A stretch of DNA of 64,000 nucleotides from an uncultured beta proteobacterium (GTDB lineage: Bacteria > Pseudomonadota > Gammaproteobacteria > Burkholderiales > SG8-39): assembly GCA_963832685.1 (NCBI GenBank), contig CAWHUZ010000005.1, forward strand, positions 141,582-205,581, read 5' to 3'. Of the stretch, positions 17,768 through 28,634 are shown in pieces. Numbering within the stretch: position 1 is the first letter of the stretch; each line of letters opens with the position of its first letter. A model generated the notes under the pieces. It saw only the letters and a list, made by a program, of their open reading frames with translations, was not told where the DNA came from and ran no database searches. The translations under genes and the position numbers were made by a program.

Positions 17768-18472
17768 TCACTGCTGCGGTTGCGCCGCGAGCGACGCGGG
17801 ATCGATCTTGACCCCCACGCCCATCGTGCTCGACACCGACAGCTTCTTCAAATACACGCCCTTCGAGCCCGACGGCTTGACCCTGTTCAGCGCCTCGATC
17901 AGCGCCGCGAGGTTGTCACGCAGCTGCTCGGGCGTGAACGACGCGCGCCCGATCGTGCACTGCACGGTCCCGGACTTGTCGGCGCGGAATTGCACCTGGC
18001 CCGCCTTCGCGTTCTTTACCGCTGCGGCGACGTCGGGCGTCACGGTACCGACCTTCGGATTGGGCATCAGACCGCGCGGACCGAGGATCTGCCCCAGCTG
18101 GCCTACCACGCGCATCGCGTCCGGAGCGGCGATCACCACGTCGAACTCGATCTTCCCGCCCTTGATCGTCTCGGCCAGGTCCTCGAAGCCGACCAAGTCC
18201 GCGCCGGCCGCTTTGGCGGCTTGCGCCTTGTCGCCCTGCGCGAATACCGCCACTCGCACCGACTTGCCGGTACCGGAAGGCAGCACGACCGAGCCACGCA
18301 CCGACTGGTCGGTCTTCTTGGCGTCGATGCCCAAGTTCACCGCCACGTCCACCGACTCGTCGAACTTCGCGGTCGCGGTGTCCTTGATCAGCTTCATCGC
18401 GTCGATCGCGGGGTAGGCGAGCGCGCGGTCGACTTTGCCCGCGAGGGCTTTCCTGCGCTTGCTGATGTCCAT
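17768..18472 (-). CDS. rplA: 50S ribosomal protein L1
   Basis: 234-aa ORF: [34 protein letters not shown]... Confidence 0.97.
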   Translation of the reverse strand: MDISKRRKALAGKVDRALAYPAIDAMKLIKDTATAKFDESVDVAVNLGIDAKKTDQSVRGSVVLPSGTGKSVRVAVFAQGDKAQAAKAAGADLVGFEDLAETIKGGKIEFDVVIAAPDAMRVVGQLGQILGPRGLMPNPKVGTVTPDVAAAVKNAKAGQVQFRADKSGTVQCTIGRASFTPEQLRDNLAALIEALNRVKPSGSKGVYLKKLSVSSTMGVGVKIDPASLAAQPQQ

Positions 18473-18904
18473 TTACATGCCCTCCACGACAATGCCCATC
18501 GAGCGCGCGCTGCCGGCGACGGTTCGCATCGCGGCCTCGAGATCCGCGGCCGTGAGATCGGGGGTCTTGGCCTTCGCGATCTCCTCGACCTGCTTGCGGG
18601 TGATCTTGCCGACCTTGTCGGTATGCGGCCGCGGGCTCCCGCTTTCGATTCCGGCTGCCTTCTTGATCAGCACCGTGGTCGGAGGCGTCTTGATGATGAA
18701 GGTGAAGCTCTTGTCGGCATACGCCGTGATCACCACAGGCAGCGGCAGGCCCGGCTCGACCTTTTGCGTCTGCGCGTTGAACGCCTTGCAGAATTCCATG
18801 ATGTTCAGGCCGCGCTGGCCGAGCGCCGGACCGATGGGGGGCGAGGGATTCGCCTTGCCCGCCGGCACCTGAAGCTTCACGTAGCCGACAATCTTCTTCG
18901 CCAT
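18473..18904 (-). CDS. rplK: 50S ribosomal protein L11
   Basis: 143-aa ORF: [44 protein letters not shown]. Confidence 0.98.
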   Translation of the reverse strand: MAKKIVGYVKLQVPAGKANPSPPIGPALGQRGLNIMEFCKAFNAQTQKVEPGLPLPVVITAYADKSFTFIIKTPPTTVLIKKAAGIESGSPRPHTDKVGKITRKQVEEIAKAKTPDLTAADLEAAMRTVAGSARSMGIVVEGM

Positions 18905-18960
18905 AACAGCTTCTCTCCTATCATGGGTCCGAACGAACGCCGCAGCGCTCTCCCCGTTAC

Positions 18961-19518
18961 TCAGGCCTTCTCGACCTGCCCGAACTCCAGCTCGACCGGC
19001 GTCGAGCGTCCAAAAATCGTGACCGCCACGCGCAGGCGGCTCTTTTCGTAGTTCACGTCCTCCACCGTTCCCTGGAAATCCGTAAACGGGCCATCCTTGA
19101 CGCGTACCATCTCGCCGTTTTCGAACAGCACCTTCGGCTTGGGCTTTTCCACGCCTTCGCGCATCTGCTGCATGATCGCGGCGACCTCCTTCTCCGAAAT
19201 CGGAGCGGGTTTGGTCGCCGTGCCGCCGACGAAGCCGGTCACCTTGTTGGTGTTCTTGACCAGGTGCCAGGTGTCGTCGTTCATCTCCATCTCGACCAGC
19301 ACGTAGCCCGGGAAGAACTTGCGCTCGGACATATGCTTCTGGCCGCCCTTCATTTCGACCACTTCCTCGACCGGAACGAGGATGCGGCCGAACTTGTCCT
19401 GCATTCCGGCGCGCGAGATGCGGTCCTCCAGCGCGCGCTGCACCGACTTTTCAAAGCCGGAATAGGCATGCACCACATACCAGCGTTTGCTCATGTCGAC
19501 CTGCTCGATTCTGGCCAC
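18961..19518 (-). CDS. nusG: Transcription termination/antitermination factor NusG
   Basis: [17 protein letters not shown]-terminal NGN domain and a C-terminal KOW domain ([21 protein letters not shown]). The true start may be the internal ATG at 19494. Confidence 0.95.
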   Translation of the reverse strand: MARIEQVDMSKRWYVVHAYSGFEKSVQRALEDRISRAGMQDKFGRILVPVEEVVEMKGGQKHMSERKFFPGYVLVEMEMNDDTWHLVKNTNKVTGFVGGTATKPAPISEKEVAAIMQQMREGVEKPKPKVLFENGEMVRVKDGPFTDFQGTVEDVNYEKSRLRVAVTIFGRSTPVELEFGQVEKA

Positions 19519-19519
19519 T

Positions 19520-19873
19520 TTAAGTCTTCTTCCATCCGAGGATCACGTCATACAGGACCCACTCGAGGCCCTTGTCGCTGATCCATAGAAACACCGCCAT
19601 CGCCACGGCGAACGCGAACACGGCGGCGGTGGTCTGCACCGTCTCCTTGCGCGTCGGCCACACCACCTTCTTGGCTTCCACGATCGCCTCGCGCGCGAAC
19701 GCGACGAACCGGCGGCCGGGCTCGGTGAACCAGGCGACCGCGCAGCCGGCGAGAAGGCCGCCGAATACGGAAAGGACGCGCAGCAGCACGTCGCCCTCTC
19801 CCAGCCAGTAGTAGCCCCAGACGCCCAGCGCCGCGAGGGCTACCGCAATCACCAGCTTTATCTTGTCGAGCAT
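19520..19873 (-). CDS. secE: Preprotein translocase subunit SecE
   Basis: Start at ATG 19873 ([16 protein letters not shown]..). The C-terminal [29 protein letters not shown] is the conserved SecE helix. The longer track ORF would overlap tRNA-Trp. Confidence 0.9.
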   Translation of the reverse strand: MLDKIKLVIAVALAALGVWGYYWLGEGDVLLRVLSVFGGLLAGCAVAWFTEPGRRFVAFAREAIVEAKKVVWPTRKETVQTTAAVFAFAVAMAVFLWISDKGLEWVLYDVILGWKKT

Positions 19874-19897
19874 CGTTTCAGCAGTGTCCGTGGAATT

Positions 19898-19973
19898 TGG
19901 CAGGCCAAGAGGGAATCGAACCCCCAACCTTCGGTTTTGGAGACCGACGCTCTGCCAGTTGAGCTATTGGCCT
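19898..19973 (-). tRNA. tRNA-Trp (anticodon CCA)
   Basis: Minus strand AGGCCAATAGCTCAACTGGCAGAGC..CGGTCTCCAAAACCG..GGTTCGATTCCC..TTGGCCTGCCA. Cloverleaf with 7-bp acceptor stem, CCA anticodon and encoded 3' CCA. Confidence 0.95.
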
Positions 19974-19983
19974 GTGAGTCCCC

Positions 19984-21175
<1,192 letters not shown>

Positions 21176-21218
21176 GACTACGCTGCCTTTGACGTTTCGT
21201 TGAAAGAGTACTGATGTC

Positions 21219-21293
<75 letters not shown>

Positions 21294-21306
21294 TGAATTT
21301 GCGCAT

Positions 21307-21380
21307 TGGAGCGGGTGAAGGGAATCGAACCCTCGTCATAAGCTTGGAAGGCTTCTGCTCTACCATTGAGCTACACCCGC
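21307..21380 (-). tRNA. tRNA-Gly (anticodon UCC)
   Basis: Minus strand GCGGGTGTAGCTCAATGGTAGAGCAGAAGCCTTCCAAGCTTATGACGAGGGTTCGATTCCCTTCACCCGCTCCA. Confidence 0.95.
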
Positions 21381-21429
21381 CCATTAAATTCACCCGCAAT
21401 CCCTGTTTGCCGCGCCCGCCCGAGATGCC

Positions 21430-21515
21430 GGTGGAGGGGGTTGGATTCGAACCAACGTAGGCGCAAGGCCAACAGATTTACAGTCTGCCCCCTTTAACCG
21501 CTCGGGCACCCCTCC
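21430..21515 (-). tRNA. tRNA-Tyr (anticodon GUA), long variable arm
   Basis: Minus strand GGAGGGGTGCCCGAGCGGTTAAAGGGGGCAGACTGTAAATCTGTTGGCCTTGCGCCTACGTTGGTTCGAATCCAACCCCCTCCACC. The 3' CCA is only partly encoded. Confidence 0.93.
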
Positions 21516-21528
21516 GGCGGAACCCGAA

Positions 21529-21557
21529 ATTATGTGAGATATCCGCTGCTTAGTCAA
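21529..21557 (-). promoter_or_regulatory. Sigma70-type promoter of the tRNA-Tyr/Gly/Thr-tuf operon
   Basis: Minus strand TTGACT - 17 nt - CATAAT. The -10 element ends 13 nt before the mature 5' end of tRNA-Tyr. Confidence 0.6.
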
Positions 21558-21591
21558 GCGAATTGAGGTCGGCGCATCGTCGGGCGCCCGC

Positions 21592-22407
21592 TCAGGTGCC
21601 GTAGCGCGCGGAAGAGCCGAACTGCTTGAGCGCCGCCAACGCGCTGTAGCAGGCAAGCCAGGCGGTTTTCGGGTTGTCGGGCGCAGGCACGTTCTCAAGC
21701 ACGATCGTGAACTCGCCAGTCTTGCCCGAAACCCGGATGGTATGGGTATTGCGGGTCAGAGCGGGGTCCGCCACGACCTTGAGCCGGGTGCGGTCGAAGC
21801 CGGCCCCGGCGAGCGACAGCACGGCCGCAATGTTGACGTTCTGCGGAAAGTGCGGAACCCCGGCGCGCGCGGATCCGTCGAACAGCGTCGTCGCGCCCGC
21901 AAGCGAATCGAGATCGACGTCGAGGGACTCCACGTAGTCGATCTTCCTCCACGCCGCGGGAGGCTTCGCGACTTGGATCGATACCTCGACCTCGCCTGCG
22001 GCACAGGCGCCCTTGAGCGCGTCGAGTGCGCCGATCCCTCCCGAAGGCACGTACAGCAGCGCGCCGGAGCGACGAGCCGCCGCCTCTGCCTCGGCGCGCA
22101 GCGCGTCGTCGACCAGCGCCCCGGCTGACAGCACGATCACTGACGAACCCGCGGCGAGAACCGGGACGAGGTAGGCGCGGACCGCGTCGTGCGAAGCCGC
22201 CTCGAGGACCACGTCGGGCTTCGCCTCGCACAGCGCGCGCGCGCCGAGGACGTAATCGACTCCGTATTCGCCCGCGAGCGCCGCCGCGCCGGACACCGCC
22301 CGTCTTCCGGCCAGCGCCACCACCTCCATGCCGGGCAGCGCACCCCGACGCAGGTTTTCCAGCACCAGACGGGCGATCGTGCCGCCGCCGAGTAGAGCGA
22401 ATCGCAT
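21592..22407 (-). CDS. Aspartate dehydrogenase (NadX-like) domain protein
   Basis: Start at MRFALLGGGTIARLV (ATG 22407). ..VPSGGIGALDALK.. and ..NVNIAAVLSLAG.. blocks are typical of L-aspartate dehydrogenase-like proteins. Confidence 0.7.
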   Translation of the reverse strand: MRFALLGGGTIARLVLENLRRGALPGMEVVALAGRRAVSGAAALAGEYGVDYVLGARALCEAKPDVVLEAASHDAVRAYLVPVLAAGSSVIVLSAGALVDDALRAEAEAAARRSGALLYVPSGGIGALDALKGACAAGEVEVSIQVAKPPAAWRKIDYVESLDVDLDSLAGATTLFDGSARAGVPHFPQNVNIAAVLSLAGAGFDRTRLKVVADPALTRNTHTIRVSGKTGEFTIVLENVPAPDNPKTAWLACYSALAALKQFGSSARYGT

Positions 22408-22519
22408 TTGCCAGGCCCTCCGGGAGGCGGCGATTCTGCCACAATTCGAATTTGCGTCGCGCGCCGGCGGCATTATCATTCGCCTCGCCGGTGCGGCATC
22501 GCCGCCAGGGAGGTGCGCA

Positions 22520-23221
22520 GTGCGAATCGCAATACTCGAAGACGACCCCGACCAGCTCGCGCTGCTGCGGCGCTGGCTCGCGGACGCAGGACACGACGTT
22601 CACGGCTACTTGGCGGGGCGCGAAGCGATGAAGCACGCGGGGCGCGAAAGCTTCGACCTGTTCATTCTCGACTGGCAGGTGCCGGACGTTTCGGGGGCCG
22701 AGGTGCTGACCTGGCTGCGCGCCAACGTTTCGAAGCACGTCCCCATACTTTTCATCACGGTGCGCGATTCCGAGGAGGACATCGTCTACGCGCTTGAGAA
22801 CGGCGCGGACGACTACATGGTGAAGCCGGCGCGGCGCCAGGAAATGCTGGCACGCGTCAGCGCGCTGCTTCGCCGCGCCTACCCGCGCGAGGAACAGACC
22901 TTGCTTTCCTTCCCCCCGTTCGAGATCGATACCCAGCGCGGCGAGATCCGGCGCGAGGGCTCGCGCATCGAGCTCACGCCGAAAGAGTTCGAGCTCGCGG
23001 TTGTCCTGTTCCGCAACATCGGGCGCCTGATGTCGCGCGGGCATTTGCAGGAATCGGTCTGGGGACGCAGCGGCGACCTCGCGACCCGCACCGTAGACAC
23101 CCACGTCAGCCAGGTGCGGAAAAAGCTCGATCTGCGGCCCGAGACAGGCTACCGGGTGGTGCCGATCTACAACTACGGATATCGACTGGAACGCCTCGGA
23201 ACCGACGCGGGTGCGGCCTGA
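22520..23221 (+). CDS. OmpR/PhoB-family response regulator (REC + winged helix); no cognate kinase nearby
   Basis: GTG 22520 follows GGGAGG. VRIAILEDDPDQ..DLFILDWQVPDVSG..DDYMVKP is the receiver; ..LTPKEFELAVVLF..TVDTHVSQVRKKL..YGYRL is the trans_reg_C domain. Confidence 0.85.
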   Translation: MRIAILEDDPDQLALLRRWLADAGHDVHGYLAGREAMKHAGRESFDLFILDWQVPDVSGAEVLTWLRANVSKHVPILFITVRDSEEDIVYALENGADDYMVKPARRQEMLARVSALLRRAYPREEQTLLSFPPFEIDTQRGEIRREGSRIELTPKEFELAVVLFRNIGRLMSRGHLQESVWGRSGDLATRTVDTHVSQVRKKLDLRPETGYRVVPIYNYGYRLERLGTDAGAA

Positions 23222-23224
23222 CGC

Positions 23225-24337
23225 CTACTGCAAGCGCCGCAGCTGCTGCTCGGCGTAGTCCCTGACTTCCTGACTGAGCGATCCGGTGGCGACCGCGCGC
23301 CGGAACGCCTCAGCCGCTTCCGGGCGGTGGTCCAGCGCCGCGAGCGAAAGCCCGAGCCCGACCCAGGCCGTCCCCGCCTGCGGTGCGGCACGCAACGCCG
23401 CACGATACGCATCGGCGGCTTCGCCAGGCCGGGACATGTGCTGCAGCACCGCGCCCAACAAGGTGTTGTACTCGGGGTCGCGCGAAACGTCGCCTTTGCA
23501 CCCTCGCAGGACGCCGAGCGCCCTGTCGTAGTCGTTGCCTTCCACGTAGATGCGCGCCAGGACCGTGGCGAACTGGACTTGGGCGGGATCCAGCGCCAGC
23601 CCTTCCTGCAGCAGGCGCTGCGCTTCGATCAAGCGCCGCTGGTCGACCAGCAGCGAGATGAGCGCCTGTCGCGCGGGCTCCTGGGATGGATCGATCGATA
23701 GCGCCCCGTTGAGAGCCTGTTTGGCCTCGGTCACACGTCCCTGGTTGAGCAGTTGCACCGCGCGTTGAAACTCCGCTTGAGCCAGCTCGGCCGGCGTGCG
23801 TGGGTGAGCTTGCTTGTGGACCTGCGGCTGCGCCTCCTCGACTGTCGCGGACGGCGGCGGGTTCGGCACGCGCTTGCGGTCGACCGGCTTCGGCGCGGCG
23901 TGCGGGCGCGGCGCCGGGATCGCGCGCTCGATCGACTGCGCGAGCTTGAGCGTATCGATCGCCGGCTGCGGCACCGGCGGTGATACCTGGACGGGCGCAG
24001 CGCTTACCACCGGCGCCGGCTGGGGCACAGGCTGGGACGCAGGCTTTTGCGCCGGCGCAGACGCATGCGGTCGGATACGCTGCACCGTGCGGCCCAATCC
24101 GCCCGACGCTCGCAGCGCGAGCTCGGTAACCACCGACCGCGGCCTGAGCTGATAGCTGGTCCACGCGAGCCATCCCAGCGCGACGGCCAGCTCGAGCCCG
24201 AGAATCAGCCAGAACAGGTCGCGCCTGCGCCGCCCCGCGGCGACCGGCTCGATCTGCCGCGTCATGACGTCGGCATTGGGCGACCCCATCGCGTGCCGGC
24301 GATCCAGCTCCTGCAGCATCTTGTTGATAAGGCTCAT
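23225..24337 (-). CDS. mshN: MSHA pilus biogenesis TPR protein MshN-like
   Basis: Start MSLINKMLQELDRRH (ATG 24337), one TM segment, a Pro-rich linker, then TPR repeats. It lies directly after the MshM-like ATPase, as in msh operons. Confidence 0.7.
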   Translation of the reverse strand: MSLINKMLQELDRRHAMGSPNADVMTRQIEPVAAGRRRRDLFWLILGLELAVALGWLAWTSYQLRPRSVVTELALRASGGLGRTVQRIRPHASAPAQKPASQPVPQPAPVVSAAPVQVSPPVPQPAIDTLKLAQSIERAIPAPRPHAAPKPVDRKRVPNPPPSATVEEAQPQVHKQAHPRTPAELAQAEFQRAVQLLNQGRVTEAKQALNGALSIDPSQEPARQALISLLVDQRRLIEAQRLLQEGLALDPAQVQFATVLARIYVEGNDYDRALGVLRGCKGDVSRDPEYNTLLGAVLQHMSRPGEAADAYRAALRAAPQAGTAWVGLGLSLAALDHRPEAAEAFRRAVATGSLSQEVRDYAEQQLRRLQ

Positions 24338-24347
24338 CGTTTCGGCT

Positions 24348-25211
24348 TCAGTCGGCGGCGCGCGGCGATCTGAACTTTGGCCACCACCAGCGCCTTGAAG
24401 CGGCGGCCGGCGTGTCGTTCGCCGCCGCGCGCACGTGACGCGGCTCAACGCGGTAGCCACCTTCGCCGAAAGCAAGCAGCAACGACTTGTGCGCCAGGAT
24501 GTTGACCAGGCGCGGCAACCCTCTGCTCGCGCGGTGCAATGTGCGCAGCGCGCGCGCGCTCACCACCGGCTGGCCGACGTAGCCCGCGACTGTGAGACGG
24601 TGATTTACGTAATCGCCTACTTCGTCCTCTGCCAGCGCCTTGAGGTCGTATTGGAACGTGATGCGCTGGCGCAGCTGGCGGATTGACTCGGACGCGAGCT
24701 TGCGATCGAGCTCGGGCTGACCGAACAGCACTACCTGCAGCAGCTTGCGCTTTTCGGTCTCGAGATTGGTCAGCAGGCGCAGCGTCTCGAGGGTTTCTAT
24801 CGGCATGGCCTGGCTTTCGTCCATGCAGAGCACGACGCGCTTGCGCTGGCGCGCGAGGCCTAGCAGCGTCCGGGTGATTCCCTTAAGCAGATAGTGCTGG
24901 TCGGCACTGGTATCGACCTGCACTCCGAGCTCCTCGGCCAGTTCGAGCAGCAGCGTTCGCGGCTCGATACTCGGGTTGGGGACATAGGCCGTTACCCAGC
25001 CCGAATCGAGCGTGGCGAGAAACTTCCGGCACAGCAGCGTTTTGCCGGTTCCGACCTCGCCCGTGATTTTGATGAACCCCTCGCCGTTGCCGACCGCCAC
25101 CAGCAGGGTGTTCAGCGCTTCCTGCGTGCTTCGGCAGGCGCAGAAGAAACTCGTGTCCGGAGTAATTCCGAACGGGGGTTCGCGCAGGCCGAAGTGCCGC
25201 AGGTAATTCAC
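24348..25211 (-). CDS. mshM: ExeA/GspA-like AAA ATPase, MshM
   Basis: 287 aa: MNYLRHFGLREPPFGITPDTSFF.., Walker A GEVGTGKT, DESQ Walker B. Confidence 0.85.
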   Translation of the reverse strand: MNYLRHFGLREPPFGITPDTSFFCACRSTQEALNTLLVAVGNGEGFIKITGEVGTGKTLLCRKFLATLDSGWVTAYVPNPSIEPRTLLLELAEELGVQVDTSADQHYLLKGITRTLLGLARQRKRVVLCMDESQAMPIETLETLRLLTNLETEKRKLLQVVLFGQPELDRKLASESIRQLRQRITFQYDLKALAEDEVGDYVNHRLTVAGYVGQPVVSARALRTLHRASRGLPRLVNILAHKSLLLAFGEGGYRVEPRHVRAAANDTPAAASRRWWWPKFRSPRAAD

Positions 25212-26938
25212 TGCCTGCGCGCCTCACCCTTCTGGTCCTTGACCATGCCCTCGATGCTTTCGCGCGTATCGCGCAACCCTGCGGCCCAGGTGCTGTCGTC
25301 CCGGATGACCGTCGGCTTGATAAGAATGACGAGCTCGTTCTTGCTCGACGTGCGGCTCGTGTTGCGCACCAGGTCTCCCAACCCGCCTTCGCGGACGCCC
25401 GGAATGCCGCCCCGATTGTCGCGCACGTCGACGCTCATGAGGCCTCCGATGGCGACGATGTTGCCGTCCGGGACGCGCACGATGGTGTCGGTCTCGCTGA
25501 TGCTGCTCTTGGCGAGCGGCAGCGTGATGGATGGAACGGTGCCGCCGAGGTCGACCACCCGCTTGCTCTCGGTGACCTCGCTGATCGACGGGTGAACGTG
25601 CAGCGTGATGTTGTTCTGCTGGTCGATCTGGGGCGTCACGTCGAGCATTATGCCGGAGAAGAACGGCGCGACGGTCACGGTCGGCGTCTGCTGCGTCGTG
25701 GCGCCAGTGGTGGTCGTGACAGTCGACACGTTGGTGACGAAGAACTCGTCGGTGCCCACCTTGAGCACCGCCTTCTGGTTGTTGAGCGTCGCGATGCGCG
25801 GGCTGGAAAGGACCTGGACATTGCCCTGTGACTGCAGGAACTGCAGCAGCGCGGCGAAGTTCGAGGTCTGGAACGCGAGCCCGAAGACGCCGCTCGCGGG
25901 ATTGTCAGCGGCGAGCGTGCTCGCGGCAGTGGTCACGCTGCTGGTCGAAAGGTTGAGCGTCTGACCGCCTCCCTGCAGAACCTGGCCGCGCGAACCGAGC
26001 ACGGTCGTGCCGGCGTTGCCGCTCTGCCCGATCGCCACATCCGGCCCAGTGCTGCGGAAGGCCGACCAGTTGATCCCGGACTGGTAGCCGTCCGAGAGCG
26101 TCACCTGGATGATCTTCGCCTCCAGCATGACCTGGCGCTCGACCGAAATCTGGCTGTCGCGCAGGTACTGCTCGACCGCGCGCATTTCGCGCGACGGCGC
26201 GCTGACCACCACCACCCCCGACTGCGGCGAAACCACCACGTTGCGGCCCGGGCCGCTGCCGACGATCGCGACTAGCGCGGTGCGCAACTCGGCCCAGTAG
26301 TCGCTGTCGGTCCGGGTGGTCACCTGGCTGCTGTTGAGCGAGGTCTGACCCTGCTGGTCCACCGGGCCCGGCGACGGGTTCGCGCTCGAGGACGGCGTGG
26401 GAGCCGCGCTGCTTCCGCTGGCGTCCGACACGGAGCCGGATTGCACCCGGACCTCGCTCATGCCGCGACGCTGGCCCTGCAGGTAATTCACCTGGAATAC
26501 GCGCGTCTGAAGGCCGGCGGGCTGAATGAAAATGCGCGTGCCCTCGAATTTGTAGTCGTAGCCATAGAGCTCGCGGATCGAGTCGAGCGCTTCCCGGATC
26601 GAGACGTCCTTCAGGTTGACCGAGATCGTCCCGTTCACGCTCGGCGGCACCAACATGCTGTAGCGCGTGCCGGAGACGATCGAGTTGAACACCTGGGCCG
26701 CCGGCGCGTTGTTGACCGAAAGATCGAACCTGGGTTCCGCGGGCCGTCCGCGCACTTCGGGCATCGCCATGCGAAGCGGCGGCAGCAGCGCCTGGTTAAG
26801 GGCGGCACTGCGGGATTCCTTCTTGGGCGCCGGCTCCAGCGCCGCGCGTATGCCGGGTTCTATGCCACTCGGGCGGGGCGGCGGAGTGGCGCACCCTCCG
26901 AGCGCCGAAACGGCCACGATAAGGAATACTTTCTTCAT
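25208..26938 (-). CDS. mshL: Secretin lipoprotein MshL (PilQ/GspD family)
   Basis: 576 aa with a lipoprotein signal (LIVAVSALGGC) and the C-terminal secretin domain (..NQKAVLKVGTDEFFVT..., IPGVREGGLGDLVRNTS..ELVILIKPTVI). Confidence 0.9.
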   Translation of the reverse strand: MKKVFLIVAVSALGGCATPPPRPSGIEPGIRAALEPAPKKESRSAALNQALLPPLRMAMPEVRGRPAEPRFDLSVNNAPAAQVFNSIVSGTRYSMLVPPSVNGTISVNLKDVSIREALDSIRELYGYDYKFEGTRIFIQPAGLQTRVFQVNYLQGQRRGMSEVRVQSGSVSDASGSSAAPTPSSSANPSPGPVDQQGQTSLNSSQVTTRTDSDYWAELRTALVAIVGSGPGRNVVVSPQSGVVVVSAPSREMRAVEQYLRDSQISVERQVMLEAKIIQVTLSDGYQSGINWSAFRSTGPDVAIGQSGNAGTTVLGSRGQVLQGGGQTLNLSTSSVTTAASTLAADNPASGVFGLAFQTSNFAALLQFLQSQGNVQVLSSPRIATLNNQKAVLKVGTDEFFVTNVSTVTTTTGATTQQTPTVTVAPFFSGIMLDVTPQIDQQNNITLHVHPSISEVTESKRVVDLGGTVPSITLPLAKSSISETDTIVRVPDGNIVAIGGLMSVDVRDNRGGIPGVREGGLGDLVRNTSRTSSKNELVILIKPTVIRDDSTWAAGLRDTRESIEGMVKDQKGEARRQ

Positions 26939-26941
26939 GTT

Positions 26942-27322
26942 CTAGTTCCGCCTCCGCGGCTGGTCGCTTGGCAGGGACTTCTTCTCGACCTGTGGAAACA
27001 GCCTGAGCACCTTAATCTGGCTTCCGCTGCGCAACTCGACTCCGGACCCGGTAATTCTTGTCAGCGTCGCGTCGCGGAACTTGCCCCCGAGCGGCACGGT
27101 TTGCCCGTTGATCACGGCGACATTGCGCGTGGTCGAGATCAGCACCGACTGCAATTCAGGCCCTGCGACCGGAGACTCGTCCGCCGCGGTGGCGCGGCCG
27201 CTGTAGGGCGGTCGCGTCGGGTCGGCGAAGCCCTGGGTGGACCCAGCGTCCGCCTCCGCCGCGATGACCTGCGTCGCCACCAGGCTCGTCAACAGGCAGC
27301 AATATAGTCGCGCCAGCCTCAT
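26942..27322 (-). CDS. mshK: MshK-like pilus assembly protein
   Basis: Start MRLARLYCCLL (ATGA overlap with the mshJ stop at 27319-27322), signal peptide, DPTRPP motif, then a small beta domain (VAVINGQTVPLGGKF). Confidence 0.65.
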   Translation of the reverse strand: MRLARLYCCLLTSLVATQVIAAEADAGSTQGFADPTRPPYSGRATAADESPVAGPELQSVLISTTRNVAVINGQTVPLGGKFRDATLTRITGSGVELRSGSQIKVLRLFPQVEKKSLPSDQPRRRN

Positions 27323-27966
27323 ACGCTCATCCAAGACGGATCGAAGCTCAACGTGTAGACGGTAAGCTTCAGCACCACTTTCGGATAGTTGCCCGCCGCG
27401 AGATCCGCCTTGCGCCAGTATAACCGCGTCGGCAGGCCTTCCAGCTGCCGCAGGTAGGCATACAGATCCAGGTATGCGCCACTCACGGTGAGCTCGATCG
27501 CATGCCGGTAGATCGGCCGTGGGCCGCGCGCATCCGAGTGACCGAACAGGTCGGCCGGCAGGGTTTTCAGGTCGACCAACTGCAGGCGCGGGTTGCGCGC
27601 CAGGATCTCCTGCAGGACGTCGCGCATGCGCCGCGGTGAGGTGAAGCGGCTCGTCGCTTCACCGATCTGCTCGTCGAGCTGCGCGAGCTGGCGCTGCAGC
27701 CCCGCAAGCTTGGCGCGATTGGCGTCGTCAGGGCGCATCTCGCCCGCGCGCGCCATCGCCTGAAACTGGGCCTGCAACATGGCGAGCTCGGTCTGCCGGC
27801 GCGCGACCTCCCGTCCGAGGCGCCTGTCCCGCTCCAGCAGCGGGGAGATGAAGCCCAGATAGGCGAACGCGACCAGCACCAGCGCAGTCGCGATGAAGAT
27901 CAGCGCCCGCTCGCGCAAGCTGAGCGCGTCGATGCGCTCCGTATAGCGCCGCAGCAGCGCCTTCAT
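27319..27966 (-). CDS. mshJ: MshJ (PilO-like) inner-membrane assembly protein
   Basis: 215 aa with an N-terminal TM, a coiled coil, then a PilO-like C-terminal domain. ATGA overlap with the upstream gene. Confidence 0.7.
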   Translation of the reverse strand: MKALLRRYTERIDALSLRERALIFIATALVLVAFAYLGFISPLLERDRRLGREVARRQTELAMLQAQFQAMARAGEMRPDDANRAKLAGLQRQLAQLDEQIGEATSRFTSPRRMRDVLQEILARNPRLQLVDLKTLPADLFGHSDARGPRPIYRHAIELTVSGAYLDLYAYLRQLEGLPTRLYWRKADLAAGNYPKVVLKLTVYTLSFDPSWMSV

Positions 27967-28625
27967 TGGTTTCCGTCCTTCACCGGCTGCGGCGCGACGA
28001 GCGGCATCGACAGCTCGAACTCGACGTAGCGCGCCGGACCCGGGCGCGGCGCCGCATCGGCCGCGGGCGCCGGCTCGTTGTGCGCCACCAGCTTGAGCCG
28101 CGTAACCGAGCGCCCGCGCATCACCTCCTCTTTGTTCAGCGCATGGATGTACGCCGGCACCAGATCTGGATGCAGCACCCGACCGCTGATGTTCAGCTCG
28201 TCGCCGCCGTCACCGATGCTGAAACCTGTCAGCCAAACGCCCGGCAGCGTCTGGCGCGCGAATGCCGCGAAATACTGCGAATAGCCCTGCGCTTTGTCTG
28301 CTGCGGTCGCTCGCAGCGAAGTGAGCAACGCCTGCTTGCCGTGCAGGTCGCTCTCGGCGCGCGCCACCTGCGCCTCGAGCAGCTTGCTGCGCCGCAGCGG
28401 CGAGAGCGAGCCGCTCAGGCTGACGAGGCGATTGCGCGTATCGGCCAGCTGGTGCTCGGCATCCGCCGTCACGTCTTCGAACGATTTCACCTCGTTGTAC
28501 GCGTAGACGTAGAAGGCGCACAGCGCGACCAGGATCAGGACCAGCGACTCGGCCATCGTCATGGCGGAGAAATACTTCTCCTGCTTGAGAAAGATCGGAT
28601 TGAAGAGGTTGATCTGCTGGCTCAC
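27963..28625 (-). CDS. PilN-like fimbrial assembly protein (second half of MshI in some species)
   Basis: MSQQINLFNP signature N-terminus, a single TM, then a coiled coil; 220 aa. Confidence 0.75.
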   Translation of the reverse strand: MSQQINLFNPIFLKQEKYFSAMTMAESLVLILVALCAFYVYAYNEVKSFEDVTADAEHQLADTRNRLVSLSGSLSPLRRSKLLEAQVARAESDLHGKQALLTSLRATAADKAQGYSQYFAAFARQTLPGVWLTGFSIGDGGDELNISGRVLHPDLVPAYIHALNKEEVMRGRSVTRLKLVAHNEPAPAADAAPRPGPARYVEFELSMPLVAPQPVKDGNQ

Positions 28626-28634
28626 CGCGGGCTC